Source: an uncultured Acidobacteriota bacterium (GTDB taxonomy: Bacteria > Acidobacteriota > Vicinamibacteria > Vicinamibacterales > UBA8438). Taken from it: DNA of 64,000 bases. The DNA is taken from assembly GCA_913043225.1 (NCBI GenBank), contig CAJWLU010000001.1, positions 96,001 through 160,000 of the forward strand, read 5' to 3'. This document shows, piece after piece, positions 18,298 through 28,667 of this stretch. The notes below the pieces were generated by a model. It ran no database searches. It had not been told where the DNA came from and saw only the letters and a program-made list of their open reading frames with translations. Made by a program: the position numbers and the translations under genes. Position 1 is the first letter of the stretch. Every line of letters starts with the position of its first letter.

Positions 18298-19902
18298 ATG
18301 CCCAAGACCCAGTCTCCGACCGACACCGCTCCAGCCCGCACCACGATCTCGGGTCACCCGATCGAAGAACGCTATACGGCCCAGGACGTCGCCGACACGC
18401 CACCCCCCTCCCCACCAGGCACGTTCCCCTACACGCGCGGTATCCACGCTAGCGGGTATGGCGGAAAACTCTGGACCATGCGTCAGTTCTCGGGATTCGG
18501 CTCTCCGGCCGACACCAACGCGCGCTACAAGCAGCTTCTAGCCGCAGGGGGGACCGGGCTGAGCGTCGCCTTCGATCTGCCGACGCTGATGGGTCGCGAT
18601 CCGGACCACCCGCTGTCGCGAGGCGAAGTCGGGAAGTGCGGGGTCAGCGTCGCGTCGCTCGCCGACATGGAGCGGCTGTTCGCCGACATCCGGCTGGACG
18701 AGGTCACCACTTCGATGACCATCAACTCGCCGGCCGCCATGATCTTCGCGATGTATCTGGTCGTGGCCGAGCGGCAAGGCGCCGGCTGGGCGACGCTTTC
18801 GGGCACGCTCCAGAACGACATCCTCAAGGAGTACATAGCGCAAAAGGAGTTCATCTATCCGCCCAAACCGTCGATGCGCCTGGTCACCGACACGTTCGCC
18901 TTCTGCGCCGACGAAACTCCCCAGTGGAACACGATCTCGGTGAGCGGCTATCACATTCGCGAAGCGGGAGCCACGGCGCTCCAGGAGCTGGCTTTCACGT
19001 TGCGCGACGGCGTCGAATATGTGCAGTACGCGATTGACGCCGGATTGGAGGTGGACCGCATTGTTCCCCGGATGTCGTTCTTCTTCAACGCACACAGTGA
19101 CTTCTTTGAGGAAATCGCCAAGTATCGCGCCGCGCGCACGCTCTGGGCGACGACCATGCGCGATCGTTTCGGCGCGACACGCGAACGGACCTGGAAGCTA
19201 CGCTTCCACACGCAAACGGCAGGCGTCTCGCTGACGGCGCAGCAGCCCTACAACAACGTCATCCGGACCGCGATCCAGGCACTGGGTGCGGTGCTCGGCG
19301 GAACGAACTCGCTCCACACCAACTCCCTCGACGAAGCGCTCTCGCTCCCGACGAGCGAGGCGGCGTTGCTCGCCCTCCGGACCCAGCAGGTCATCGCGTA
19401 CGAGAGCGGCGTTGCCGACCACGTCGACCCGTTCGCCGGCTCGTACTTCCTCGAGAGTATGACTCGCGATCTCACGCAGGGCGCTCGAGACTACTTCCAG
19501 CAAATCGACGACATGGGAGGAATGGTCTCCGCGATCGAGCAAGGATTCCCGCAACGCGAGATCGCCGAAAGTGCGTATCGGTTTCAGCAAGAAGTAGAGA
19601 CGGGCGCTCGTTGGATGGTCGGCGTGAATCAGCATCTCGACGAGGCACGCCCCGAGGTTGAGACGCTGTACATCGACGAGGCGATCTCGGACCGACAGTG
19701 CACGCAGTTGGACGAGCTACGTGCCCAACGCGACACCACCGAGGTGACCCGCACCCTCGATCGGCTCCGAGACACCGCCCGTGGAACCGACAACCTCATG
19801 CCGTCGCTCCTCGACGCCGTGCGAGCGTACGCCACCCTGGGAGAGATGTGCGACGCCTTGCGGGACGTGTGGGGAGAGTACGAAGAACCAGCGTCGCTGT
19901 AG
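18298..19902 (+). CDS. icmA: B12-dependent acyl-CoA mutase large subunit, isobutyryl-CoA mutase-like
   Basis: [51 protein letters not shown] and [11 protein letters not shown]. No C-terminal B12-binding domain. Confidence 0.8.
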   Translation: MPKTQSPTDTAPARTTISGHPIEERYTAQDVADTPPPSPPGTFPYTRGIHASGYGGKLWTMRQFSGFGSPADTNARYKQLLAAGGTGLSVAFDLPTLMGRDPDHPLSRGEVGKCGVSVASLADMERLFADIRLDEVTTSMTINSPAAMIFAMYLVVAERQGAGWATLSGTLQNDILKEYIAQKEFIYPPKPSMRLVTDTFAFCADETPQWNTISVSGYHIREAGATALQELAFTLRDGVEYVQYAIDAGLEVDRIVPRMSFFFNAHSDFFEEIAKYRAARTLWATTMRDRFGATRERTWKLRFHTQTAGVSLTAQQPYNNVIRTAIQALGAVLGGTNSLHTNSLDEALSLPTSEAALLALRTQQVIAYESGVADHVDPFAGSYFLESMTRDLTQGARDYFQQIDDMGGMVSAIEQGFPQREIAESAYRFQQEVETGARWMVGVNQHLDEARPEVETLYIDEAISDRQCTQLDELRAQRDTTEVTRTLDRLRDTARGTDNLMPSLLDAVRAYATLGEMCDALRDVWGEYEEPASL

Positions 19903-19915
19903 GACTCATCCCACC

Positions 19916-21088
19916 ATGACCAACCCCGGCTCCCTAGCTCGCCCGCTGACCACTCTCTCCGACGAAGAGCAGCTCTTTCGCGACAGCGTGCGTGACTTCG
20001 CCCGCGCGGAGATCGGTCCGCTGGTCCGCGAGATGGACGACCGGGCCGAGATTCCCGAGGCGCTCATCTCCCAGCTGTTCGAGCTCGGCGTGATGGCCAT
20101 CGAGATCCCCGAGCGATTCGGAGGTGCGGGCGCCGGTTTCTTTCTCTCTATCCTCGCCGTCGAAGAGCTATCGCGCGTCGACCCTTCGATCGCGGTGCTG
20201 GTTGACGTCCAGAACACGCTGGTCGTAAACGCGGTCCTGAAGTGGGGCTCCCCTGGCGTTCAGCAACGGTTCCTCCCCGCACTCGCAAGCGATACGGTCG
20301 GTGCCTACGCGCTCTCCGAAGCCGGGTCTGGCAGCGATGCGTTCGCGCTAACGACCCGCGCCGTGCAGGACGGTGATGACTACGTGCTCACGGGCCGGAA
20401 GCTCTGGATCACCAATGGACGCGAGGCTGGCCTGTTCATCGTAATGGCCACCGTGGACCCAAGCGCCGGACACCGCGGCATCACAGCATTCGTGGTGGAA
20501 GGCGACCGGCCCGGACTGACCATCGGCAAGAAGGAGGATAAGCTCGGCATCCGGGCATCGAGCACCTGTGAGGTGCTCCTCGACGAGTGCCGGATCCCGG
20601 GCGCCAACCTTCTCGGAGAAATCGGACGTGGCTACAAGGTGGCGATCGAGACGTTGAACGAAGGACGCATCGGCATCGGCGCCCAGATGGTCGGGCTGGC
20701 ACAGGGCGCGCTGGACCACGCAACGGCGTACGTGCGGGAACGGGAGCAATTCGGACAACCAATCGCCGCGTTCCAGGGAGTGCAGTTCCAGCTGGCGCAA
20801 GCTGCAACCGACCTCGAGATGGCCCGTCTGGGGGTGTACAACGCAGCGCGGTTGCGGGACGCCGGTCAGCCGTTCCTTACCGAGGCGGCGATGGCCAAGC
20901 TCTTCACGTCCCAGATCGCCGAAAGGGTCACCTCACTGGCCGTCCAGCTCTTTGGCGGAGCCGGGTATACCAAGGACTATCCCGTGGAAAAGCTGTATCG
21001 GGACGCGAAGATCGGTCAGATCTACGAGGGCACGTCCAACATGCAGCTACAAACAATCGCGAACCAGGTCATCCGCTCCGGCGGCTGA
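19916..21088 (+). CDS. Short/branched-chain acyl-CoA dehydrogenase
   Basis: ALSEAGSGSDA, GRKLWITNG, KEDKLGIRASSTC, LNEGRIGIGAQ and IYEGTSNMQ. ATG at 19916. Confidence 0.92.
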   Translation: MTNPGSLARPLTTLSDEEQLFRDSVRDFARAEIGPLVREMDDRAEIPEALISQLFELGVMAIEIPERFGGAGAGFFLSILAVEELSRVDPSIAVLVDVQNTLVVNAVLKWGSPGVQQRFLPALASDTVGAYALSEAGSGSDAFALTTRAVQDGDDYVLTGRKLWITNGREAGLFIVMATVDPSAGHRGITAFVVEGDRPGLTIGKKEDKLGIRASSTCEVLLDECRIPGANLLGEIGRGYKVAIETLNEGRIGIGAQMVGLAQGALDHATAYVREREQFGQPIAAFQGVQFQLAQAATDLEMARLGVYNAARLRDAGQPFLTEAAMAKLFTSQIAERVTSLAVQLFGGAGYTKDYPVEKLYRDAKIGQIYEGTSNMQLQTIANQVIRSGG

Positions 21089-21112
21089 TTTGCGCCACCC
21101 GCGCTCGCCTCC

Positions 21113-21709
21113 TCAGGCAGGGGCCTCGTTCCTCCCTCGGCCCCACCGGCGCAATGCGGCGCGCGAGATGACCCCAAAGAAGACGACCATCAGAATAATG
21201 ATCGCGCTGGCCACGGCAAAGGCGGCCGCCGGGAAAGTCAGCGTCAGCACGCCCAGTCCGATCACGAATCCGTCTTCGGCCAAGCTAAGTGCCCAGTTGG
21301 ACACCGGTTCCGGGCTGGCATTAGCGACAGCGCGCGTACCCATCTTGGTTAAATGTGCGCCAGCTGCCACCGACCCTCCGAGCAGACCGATGATCGCTTC
21401 GATGGTCGGGCTGACGTCTTCAAGCGCCGCTACCGCGAGAAAGGCTCCGCCCACGGGCCGGATCACGGTGTGGACCGCGTCCCACGCCGAGTCGACCCAC
21501 GGCACCTTGTCAGCCACGAACTCGACGAGATATAGCGCCAGCGCAAGACCAATCACCAGGTTGTTATCAAAGACGGCAAACTGAGGCGGCAGCTCCATCC
21601 ACCCAAAGCGTGACACCAGACCCAGGATGGCCACGGTGGCGTAGAGATTGACACCCGCCGCCAGCGAGAACCCAAGAGCATGGCCTAGAGTGGCGACCGC
21701 CTGCATCAT
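21113..21709 (-). CDS. DUF4126 family membrane protein
   Basis: AAGVNLYAT, EFVADKVPWVDSAWDAVHTVIRP and SPEPVSNWALSLAED. Confidence 0.85.
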   Translation of the reverse strand: MMQAVATLGHALGFSLAAGVNLYATVAILGLVSRFGWMELPPQFAVFDNNLVIGLALALYLVEFVADKVPWVDSAWDAVHTVIRPVGGAFLAVAALEDVSPTIEAIIGLLGGSVAAGAHLTKMGTRAVANASPEPVSNWALSLAEDGFVIGLGVLTLTFPAAAFAVASAIIILMVVFFGVISRAALRRWGRGRNEAPA

Positions 21710-21783
21710 TCGACTGTGTCTATCTTTATGGAGAGTTACGCGCCGAGCAGAACACAGGTTCCGTGAAGACGACGTACGGAATC

Positions 21784-23169
21784 CTACGGGCTGGCCGCTG
21801 AGTGCGACTCGAGGAAGGCAACCACGGCGTCAAATCCGACCGAGCGCGCCTGATCAATTACCGTCAGGCCGAAGAGGTCGGTCGCATCTACGTCGGCCCC
21901 GAGCTCGACCGCGACGCGCACCGTGTCGAGTCGAAGCGACTCCAGCTCCAACCGGTTCGGCGGCTTCCAGGAGCGGAGGCGGCCGCCGCCCATCCCGATC
22001 GCTGCCATGACGGCGGTGGTGGCCTCCTGGCGCGGCTGCGCGTAGCCCGGGTCCTTGTAGTCGGCGTGATGGATCACCCGAGGGTCGGCGCCATGGTCTG
22101 CGAGCAGAAGCATGACATCGGGCGCATTGAACCGGGCGGCCAGCCAGAACGGTGTGGCTCCCACCAGCGGCGGAGCAAAGTGGAGATCACGCGACGAGCG
22201 GCGGGTCGGCGTCCACGTGTTCAGCGTGGCATTCGGATCGGCGCCGTGCTCGAGCAAAGTCCGAACCATCAGTGGATCACGGCGCATGACCGCGGCGTGC
22301 AGGGCAGCAAACCCAGCCTCGGACGCTCCAGCATCAGCGCCAGCCTCCAGCAACAGCGTCACCAGCTCACCGAATCCGGCATGGGCAGCCAGCGTCGTCG
22401 CGCTCACACCCCAGGCATTGGTGTCGTCCGCGTTGGCGCCCGCCGCTAGTAGCAGACGTGCCGAGGCGACATCGCCCCCCCGTGCCGCGAACATCAGCGC
22501 GGTGTTGCCGCCGTGCGGGATCTCGCGGTTGTACTCCGGCTGGCCGTGCGGCGGCACCGCCATCACCTGGCTCCAGACCTCGGACCGCGCATGGAGGTCA
22601 ACGCCGCTGTCGATCAGGACCTGGACGACAGAAGGATGCTGCTGGGCCACCGCCCACATCAGGGCTGTCTGCCCGCGGGTCCCCCGTGCCTCGGGGTTGG
22701 CTCCGGCTCGAAGGAGGAGCTCGACCACCTTGGCCGCACCGCTTCTGGCCGCTACCATGACCGGCGTTTCGCCTGCTAGGAGCGCCAGGTTGGGATCGGC
22801 GCCCGCTTCCAGCAGACGACTCACGGCGTCCGTGCTACCGTTCTCCGACGCCGTCCACAGCGCCGACACGCCGAGATCATTGACGGCATTCGCATCGGCG
22901 CCGCCAGCCAGCAACCGGTCGAGGGTCTCGATCTCGTCGTGATAGCTGACCCAGTGCAGAGCGGTCGCCCCATCAGGTTCGGCCGCGTTGACGTCGGCGC
23001 CAGCGGCGAGGAACGCCCACACCTGCGCCATATCGCCCCCTCGGGCCGCGGCGACCAGCGGTAGCTCTTCGGCGACCAGGCTGACTAACGGCGACATCGC
23101 GCACACGACCCCAATGACAATTCGCGTCGGCCACCGTCGAGTAATCTGCCAGCTCTGACGTACAGACAT
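21784..23169 (-). CDS. Ankyrin-repeat protein, probably exported
   Basis: Multiple GxTALxxA..LLxxGAD repeats and a hydrophobic N-terminus. Third gene of a DUF1592-DUF1552 operon. Confidence 0.88.
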   Translation of the reverse strand: MSVRQSWQITRRWPTRIVIGVVCAMSPLVSLVAEELPLVAAARGGDMAQVWAFLAAGADVNAAEPDGATALHWVSYHDEIETLDRLLAGGADANAVNDLGVSALWTASENGSTDAVSRLLEAGADPNLALLAGETPVMVAARSGAAKVVELLLRAGANPEARGTRGQTALMWAVAQQHPSVVQVLIDSGVDLHARSEVWSQVMAVPPHGQPEYNREIPHGGNTALMFAARGGDVASARLLLAAGANADDTNAWGVSATTLAAHAGFGELVTLLLEAGADAGASEAGFAALHAAVMRRDPLMVRTLLEHGADPNATLNTWTPTRRSSRDLHFAPPLVGATPFWLAARFNAPDVMLLLADHGADPRVIHHADYKDPGYAQPRQEATTAVMAAIGMGGGRLRSWKPPNRLELESLRLDTVRVAVELGADVDATDLFGLTVIDQARSVGFDAVVAFLESHSAASP

Positions 23170-23174
23170 GTCGG

Positions 23175-24515
23175 CTACAGCAGGCCGTCAAGGGTCGAGA
23201 TCGGCAACCGCCCAGTGCTGCCGCCGATCCGCTCCACGGGCACCCGCATCTTGTCCATGAGCGTGACCAGCAGGTTCGCCATCGACGGCTGATCGGTATA
23301 GCGAAGATGGCGCCCGCTCGGCAGCGTGCCGGCTCCGCCGCCGGCCAGCAACAGCGGGAGATCTACTCCCGAGTGCCGGGTGCTGTTCGAAAGGCCTGAA
23401 CCATAGAGGATGGTGATGTGGTCGAGCAGCGACCCGTCACCGTCGGGCGTCGCACGGAGCTTGGTGAGATAGTTCGAAAACAAAGTCGTGTGGTAGCGGT
23501 TGATCTTCGACATGTGCTCGACGAGCTCGGGCACGTCGTTGTGATGCGAGAGCGGATGGTGCGCCTCGGGCACGCCGATCTGCGGATAGGGCCGAGCACT
23601 CTGCTCCTTGCCGACCATGAACGAGATAACTCGGGTCAGATCCGCCCGCATGCCCAGGATCTGCAGGTCAAGCATCAGCTCCAGGTGATCCTCGAACTCG
23701 GGCGGCGCCCCCTGAGGCTGGTCGACGGCCGGGAGCTCCAATCCGGACTGCTCCTCAGCCTTCTGAATCCGACGCTCCACGTCGCGGATGGCCTCAGTGT
23801 ATTCCTCGACCTTCAGCACGTCGCCTGGGCCGAGCTCGCGGCGCAGGGTGGCCAGTTTGTCGGTCACCGAATCGAGCAGGCTCCGCTGCTGGCGTAGCCG
23901 AGCTTCGCGCGCCTCGCGGTCGGTGCTCCCGCTATCGCCGAACAGTGTCTCGAACACGGCGCGTGGATTCCACTCGGTGGGAAGGGGCTGGGTCGGGCTG
24001 CGCCACGACAACGTATGGGTGTAGACGCAGCTCAGATTGCCGGTACAGGCGCCGGCGTTGTTCGGTGGATCGAGCGACAGCTCCAGAGATGGCACCTGGG
24101 TTTCGCCAGCAAAGTGACGCGCTAGAAGCTGGTCCATCGAGACATCGGCCAGGATCTCGATCTCGTTCCGTCCGCCGCGGGTGGTACCGGTGAGGAACGA
24201 CCCGGACGCGCCCGCGTGGATGTAGTTCCAGCTGGCGTTGAGCCCAGACAGCACGACCATCTGGTCCTTGAAGTCGGCCAGTGGCTCGAGGATGGGCGAC
24301 AGCGCGTAGGCGGTCCCCTCCTGCTCGGGTGTCCAGTAATCCATCGCCATGCCGTTGGGGACGTAGAACGCCTGGAAGCGATGCGCGGTCGCCGGCGCAG
24401 CCAGGCCCCGAAGGCCAAAGGCCGGGTGCATGGCGTCGAGTGCCGGCAGGGCGAGACTGGCTCCCAGGCCGCGAAGTACCGTGCGGCGCGGCAACGACTT
24501 GGTCAGGAACGTCAT
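23175..24515 (-). CDS. DUF1552 (HXXSHH) protein, Tat-exported
   Basis: PRRTVLRGLG Tat motif, YVPNGM, NPRAVFETLFG and AHHPLSHH. Confidence 0.9.
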   Translation of the reverse strand: MTFLTKSLPRRTVLRGLGASLALPALDAMHPAFGLRGLAAPATAHRFQAFYVPNGMAMDYWTPEQEGTAYALSPILEPLADFKDQMVVLSGLNASWNYIHAGASGSFLTGTTRGGRNEIEILADVSMDQLLARHFAGETQVPSLELSLDPPNNAGACTGNLSCVYTHTLSWRSPTQPLPTEWNPRAVFETLFGDSGSTDREAREARLRQQRSLLDSVTDKLATLRRELGPGDVLKVEEYTEAIRDVERRIQKAEEQSGLELPAVDQPQGAPPEFEDHLELMLDLQILGMRADLTRVISFMVGKEQSARPYPQIGVPEAHHPLSHHNDVPELVEHMSKINRYHTTLFSNYLTKLRATPDGDGSLLDHITILYGSGLSNSTRHSGVDLPLLLAGGGAGTLPSGRHLRYTDQPSMANLLVTLMDKMRVPVERIGGSTGRLPISTLDGLL

Positions 24516-24543
24516 CTAGATCTTCTCCTGTGTCCGTGGGTCG

Positions 24544-27057
24544 TCAGTTCGTTGGAGATCCGGCCACCGACCGGCTCCTGAACGTCGGGCTCTTGACGAT
24601 ACCGAGAATCAGCGACGACCAGCGGTAGTCATCGGCGGCTGCGGCCCGGACAATTTCCCGGACGGCGGGTCGGTCGTAGTACTCGAGGCGTCGGCCCAAT
24701 GCGTAGGCCAGCAGCTTCTCAGTTACGGTCCGGGGAAACGCCTCAGGATCGGCGAGCAGCAAGGCGCGAAGGCCTGCCAAGCCAGCCACGCTCCCACCGG
24801 CCGCCGTCGTCCCACGCGCATCGACTGGCTGGCCCGCCTCGTCCACCGTGCGCCAGCCGCCAATCGCGTCGAAGTTCTCGAGCGCGAAGCCCAAGGGGTC
24901 GATGACGGCGTGACAGCTGGCACAGGTCGGACTCCGCCGGTGCTGGGCCAGTCGTTCTCTAATCGTCGCCGCGACGAGTCCGGGCTGCTCCTCAAGCGTG
25001 GTATCGACGCCAGGCGGTGGCGGCGGAACGGGCAGCCCGAAGATGTTATCGAGCAGCCACTTCCCTCGCAGGACCGGGGAGGTCCGATCGGGATAGGAGG
25101 TGGTAGCCAGCAGTGCCCCATGCGCCAGCAGCCCACCGCGCCGCGAGCGATCCGGTAGGGAGATGCGGCGGAACCGGGCTCCGTACACACCTGGCAGGCC
25201 GTAGTGCCTGGCCAGCCGCTCGTTCACAAACGTGTAGTTGGCATCGAGCAGCCGCCGGACGCTCTGGTCTTCGACAAGCGTGCTCGCCACAAACCGTTGC
25301 GTCTCTTCCTTGAACGCGGCGAGCAAGGTTTCGTCGTAGTGCGGATACTGACCCGGGTCCACCACGACCTCGCCGACCCGCCGCAGATTCAGCCACTGCG
25401 CGGTGAAGTCGTCTACCAGTGCCGATATCGCCCGTGGCTCTGCGAGTAGACGGCGCGTTTGGGCCTCGATTACGGCAAGATCTGACAATCGGCCCGCCTC
25501 GGCCGCCGCCAGCAGCTCATCGTCCGGGACACTGCTCCACAAGAAGAACGACAGCCGGGACGCCAGTTCGAGGTCGCTCACCTGGAACGTCGAGGTATCG
25601 GCCGACAAACCGTCTGGGTCACGCTCGACGCGCAGCAGGAAGTCTGGGTCGACCAGCATCCGCTCGAGCGCGAACTGGATCCCATGCTCGAACCCGCCGC
25701 CCTCGCGCCGCCCCTCATCGAAGAAGGTCATGAGTACGGAGAGGTCATCCGGCTGCACCGGACGGCGATAGGCACGCCTCGCCAACCGGCTGAGGATCTC
25801 GCGCGCGCAGCCGGCCTCGGCCTCGAAGGCCTCCGGGCGGCAGGAGAAAATGGTCCGCCGGCTCGGGGTGTCAACGTCGACTGACTTCGTCTCGTAGGGC
25901 CCACCGATCTCCACCGCCCCCACAGCGGCATTGCCCATGTAGATCTGGTCGTTCGTCAACACCCGTCCACGTTGCAGCGGTTGCGGAAGCCCCTCTGGCT
26001 CCCACAGCTGGCGCACGAACGACACACCCACCGTCCGTGGGCCCGCCGCCACCGGCACCCTTACCTCAAGACCAGCGTCGCCGGTCAGCTGCATGTAGGT
26101 TTCCCAGTCGGGGTCGCCCGCAAACCCGGGCTCGCCGTCACCCGCATAGCTAGCTGCGGCCGGCGTCCCCGGTGCGGCACCGCCCAGCTCGAACCGCTCG
26201 AGGAGACGGTCGTCCAGTCGCACCTCCAGCTGCTGCGGCCACCCCATGCCCATCAGATAGGCCTGATACTGCCGGCGCAGCTGCACCTTGATGACGTAGT
26301 CGCCATCGACCGGAAAGTTGTAGTCGATGGCCATGCCGCCACGCGACCCGAGTGGAAGAGCTTCGCTCTGGCGCTCGTCCTGCACCACGTGGAGCGGAAT
26401 CTCGAAGGTGTCCACCTCCGCCACAGACGGCACCAGCCCGACGGCCAGGCGGGTGACCTGACGCGCGACCGAGAAATAGCGGTCGAGGTGCGCCCGCGAG
26501 ATCGTGAGCACGTCGGCAAAATTGTCGAAGCTGCCGTCTGCGGTCTCGTCGCCTAGCAGTAACTCGGCAGCGTCGACCTCGAGGTGAAAGAGGTCGCGTA
26601 CCGCATTAGCGTACTCGGTCCGGTTGAGCCGGTGGACCGGGCTCTCACGCCCCGGGTCGGGTGAGGCCAGCCATGCGGTGTCGAGTGACGTCTCCAACCG
26701 ATCGGCGACCAGATCGTAGGTCGCAGCGTCAGGACGAGGGCGGGCCGGGGGTGGCATAGAACCAGCGCGGATTTTGGCCACGACACGCTCCCACAACGCC
26801 GGGTCACCAGCCGGGTTGCTAGAATCGACAGCCGTGGCATCGAGCGACAGTCCCGCAGTGCGGAGCCGGTCGTTGTGGCAAGAGACGCAATAGCGATCGA
26901 GCACGGTACGTAGTTCCGCACCGTGCGCGGCGGAGCTGTCCCTGGAGACCTCCTGCCCTCCGGCCAACCCGACCGCGGCCGGCGCCACAAGGAGCGAGAC
27001 CAGCGCCACCGCGGTCACACGCCGTCCAGGCGACATCCCCCCACCGGGTCGATCCAT
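24544..27057 (-). CDS. DUF1592/DUF1588/DUF1587/DUF1595/DUF1585 dihaem cytochrome c protein
   Basis: CVSCH and CASCH. Also HRLNRTEYANAVRDL, ELASRLSFFLWSSVPDDEL, TSPVLRGKW and YALGR. Confidence 0.9.
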   Translation of the reverse strand: MDRPGGGMSPGRRVTAVALVSLLVAPAAVGLAGGQEVSRDSSAAHGAELRTVLDRYCVSCHNDRLRTAGLSLDATAVDSSNPAGDPALWERVVAKIRAGSMPPPARPRPDAATYDLVADRLETSLDTAWLASPDPGRESPVHRLNRTEYANAVRDLFHLEVDAAELLLGDETADGSFDNFADVLTISRAHLDRYFSVARQVTRLAVGLVPSVAEVDTFEIPLHVVQDERQSEALPLGSRGGMAIDYNFPVDGDYVIKVQLRRQYQAYLMGMGWPQQLEVRLDDRLLERFELGGAAPGTPAAASYAGDGEPGFAGDPDWETYMQLTGDAGLEVRVPVAAGPRTVGVSFVRQLWEPEGLPQPLQRGRVLTNDQIYMGNAAVGAVEIGGPYETKSVDVDTPSRRTIFSCRPEAFEAEAGCAREILSRLARRAYRRPVQPDDLSVLMTFFDEGRREGGGFEHGIQFALERMLVDPDFLLRVERDPDGLSADTSTFQVSDLELASRLSFFLWSSVPDDELLAAAEAGRLSDLAVIEAQTRRLLAEPRAISALVDDFTAQWLNLRRVGEVVVDPGQYPHYDETLLAAFKEETQRFVASTLVEDQSVRRLLDANYTFVNERLARHYGLPGVYGARFRRISLPDRSRRGGLLAHGALLATTSYPDRTSPVLRGKWLLDNIFGLPVPPPPPGVDTTLEEQPGLVAATIRERLAQHRRSPTCASCHAVIDPLGFALENFDAIGGWRTVDEAGQPVDARGTTAAGGSVAGLAGLRALLLADPEAFPRTVTEKLLAYALGRRLEYYDRPAVREIVRAAAADDYRWSSLILGIVKSPTFRSRSVAGSPTN

Positions 27058-27388
27058 GTCTGAGGCTGGCTCCTCGTTCCTTCGCGCGCACGGACACCTG
27101 CCCCGAACGCATTGGAACGGCTCAATTGTCGCTGATCGTGGGAGCCGGGTAAAGGCGCGTTGGCTCTGCGCGCCACGACCGGTCTGTGTGATGATCGCGG
27201 GGTAATTCGCCGCTAGTTCTTCATTGACCCCGTCGTCGTTCCCACCGCCACGGCTGCTCCCGGCTACGCCTCCGCCACTCTCCGGGTGCTGCTAGTAGTC
27301 GCTCCGCTCGGCCGCGCCGTCCCATCGTCGACGAACGGCTCGTCTCAGAAGCCGTCAGTCGTACTGCCATCCAGCTTCATCGAATCTG

Positions 27389-28498
27389 CTACCGGGTCGG
27401 GTTGACGACGCCTCCCGTTTCCTCGCCTCGGGCTTCGGCTTCGAGCAGACGAGCACCCTTCATGATCCCCTCGAGGGCGTAGTTGGCCTCGTGGCAGGCG
27501 TACTCGTAGACCTTGGTGTCGCTTGCCGGCCAGATGTACTCGCCGGTCCAGGGCGCGGTCCAGACCGTCGGATCGTTGACCGTGAAGTTGTAGAGCAGTG
27601 TGTCATTGTCGAGCCGGGTGAAGCGCTCGACCACGTGGAGGTTTCGCGAGGCGCCAGAGAGCGCCGGGCTGTCACTGAAGTTCGTGGTATCCACGACGAG
27701 GGTATCGCCTTCCCAGCGTCCGACCGAATCACCCAGCCAGCTGCTGATCTCAGGCGGAGCGTGCTCGTCGTTCATCCGCACGATGCGCGCTTCGTGCACC
27801 ATCTCGACCTGGATCAGAATGGTGTCTTCGGTCTGCACGATCCGCTTTAGGTTGTTGTAGAGCACGGGCAACATCGGCGGCCCCGCCGTCGACCCGAAGC
27901 CGAGCAGGCACCGCTCGGCGGCCGGACGGGTCTCCATGTCGTCGTAGGGACCAGGCGCGTTGAGACTGTCTTCAAGCCACCAGGCGGTCCCGGTGTTCGG
28001 ACGGAAGAAGGCGGCGAGACCAGCGAGGGCCGCCTGCGCTTCGGCGGTCCTGGGCGGCTGCCGGCCGTTGGGCGGGTCGATGATGATCGACGTGCGCCAC
28101 TCGCCGTCGATCTGGAAACCAGTGCTGCCCCGATCCATCCAGAACGTGTTGTAGCCCCCGACGTTGCCTGCGGCGCCGGTCGAGCCGTCTCCGCCTACTG
28201 GCGGCGCCTCACGAGGAGCCGACGCATCTTCGGCGTTGCGCTCGTCGGGGATATTGAACGCGCGCTGGTAGGAATCGGCACCGGCGGAAAGCTCCGCCGC
28301 TTCCTCCTCAGTCAGCGACATCCGGTCACCGAGCTCGGTGGGGCGTTGCAGCGGGGTCAGAGTGGCCACGTCATAGGTCCCCGACAGGTCGGGACGACCG
28401 GACGGCGTCCTCGGGATACTGCTCGACTGGGCCAGGGCCGTCATCGGTGCCGCGATCACGAGCACCAAGAATACGAATCGGGCTACCACGCGCTGCAT
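27389..28498 (-). CDS. Secreted conserved hypothetical protein ('YACHExN' family), copy 1
   Basis: Signal peptide, PRTPSGRPDLSG, ERCLLG..GPPM..YNN, GRWEGDTLVV and YEYACHEANY. Paralogue of 47205-48194. Confidence 0.85.
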   Translation of the reverse strand: MQRVVARFVFLVLVIAAPMTALAQSSSIPRTPSGRPDLSGTYDVATLTPLQRPTELGDRMSLTEEEAAELSAGADSYQRAFNIPDERNAEDASAPREAPPVGGDGSTGAAGNVGGYNTFWMDRGSTGFQIDGEWRTSIIIDPPNGRQPPRTAEAQAALAGLAAFFRPNTGTAWWLEDSLNAPGPYDDMETRPAAERCLLGFGSTAGPPMLPVLYNNLKRIVQTEDTILIQVEMVHEARIVRMNDEHAPPEISSWLGDSVGRWEGDTLVVDTTNFSDSPALSGASRNLHVVERFTRLDNDTLLYNFTVNDPTVWTAPWTGEYIWPASDTKVYEYACHEANYALEGIMKGARLLEAEARGEETGGVVNPTR

Positions 28499-28667
28499 AC
28501 CTACCTCCGCAAAGAAAGAGAAGGACGAACCCCGCCCGAGTGTATCCCGGACCTATCGACCGCGTCACGACTACCTATATGCCGCGATGCCGTCGCTCTT
28601 CGTCGCCCGCCTCAGCACGGGGGCACCTTGCCATAGAATTGGAGGCGCATAAGGAGACGTACTCGCC

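Noticed and set aside
27058..27388. 330-nt intergenic region with short hairpins, as an ncRNA
   Set aside because: Only short GC stems of the kind expected by chance, with no recognisable RNA family or convincing ORF.
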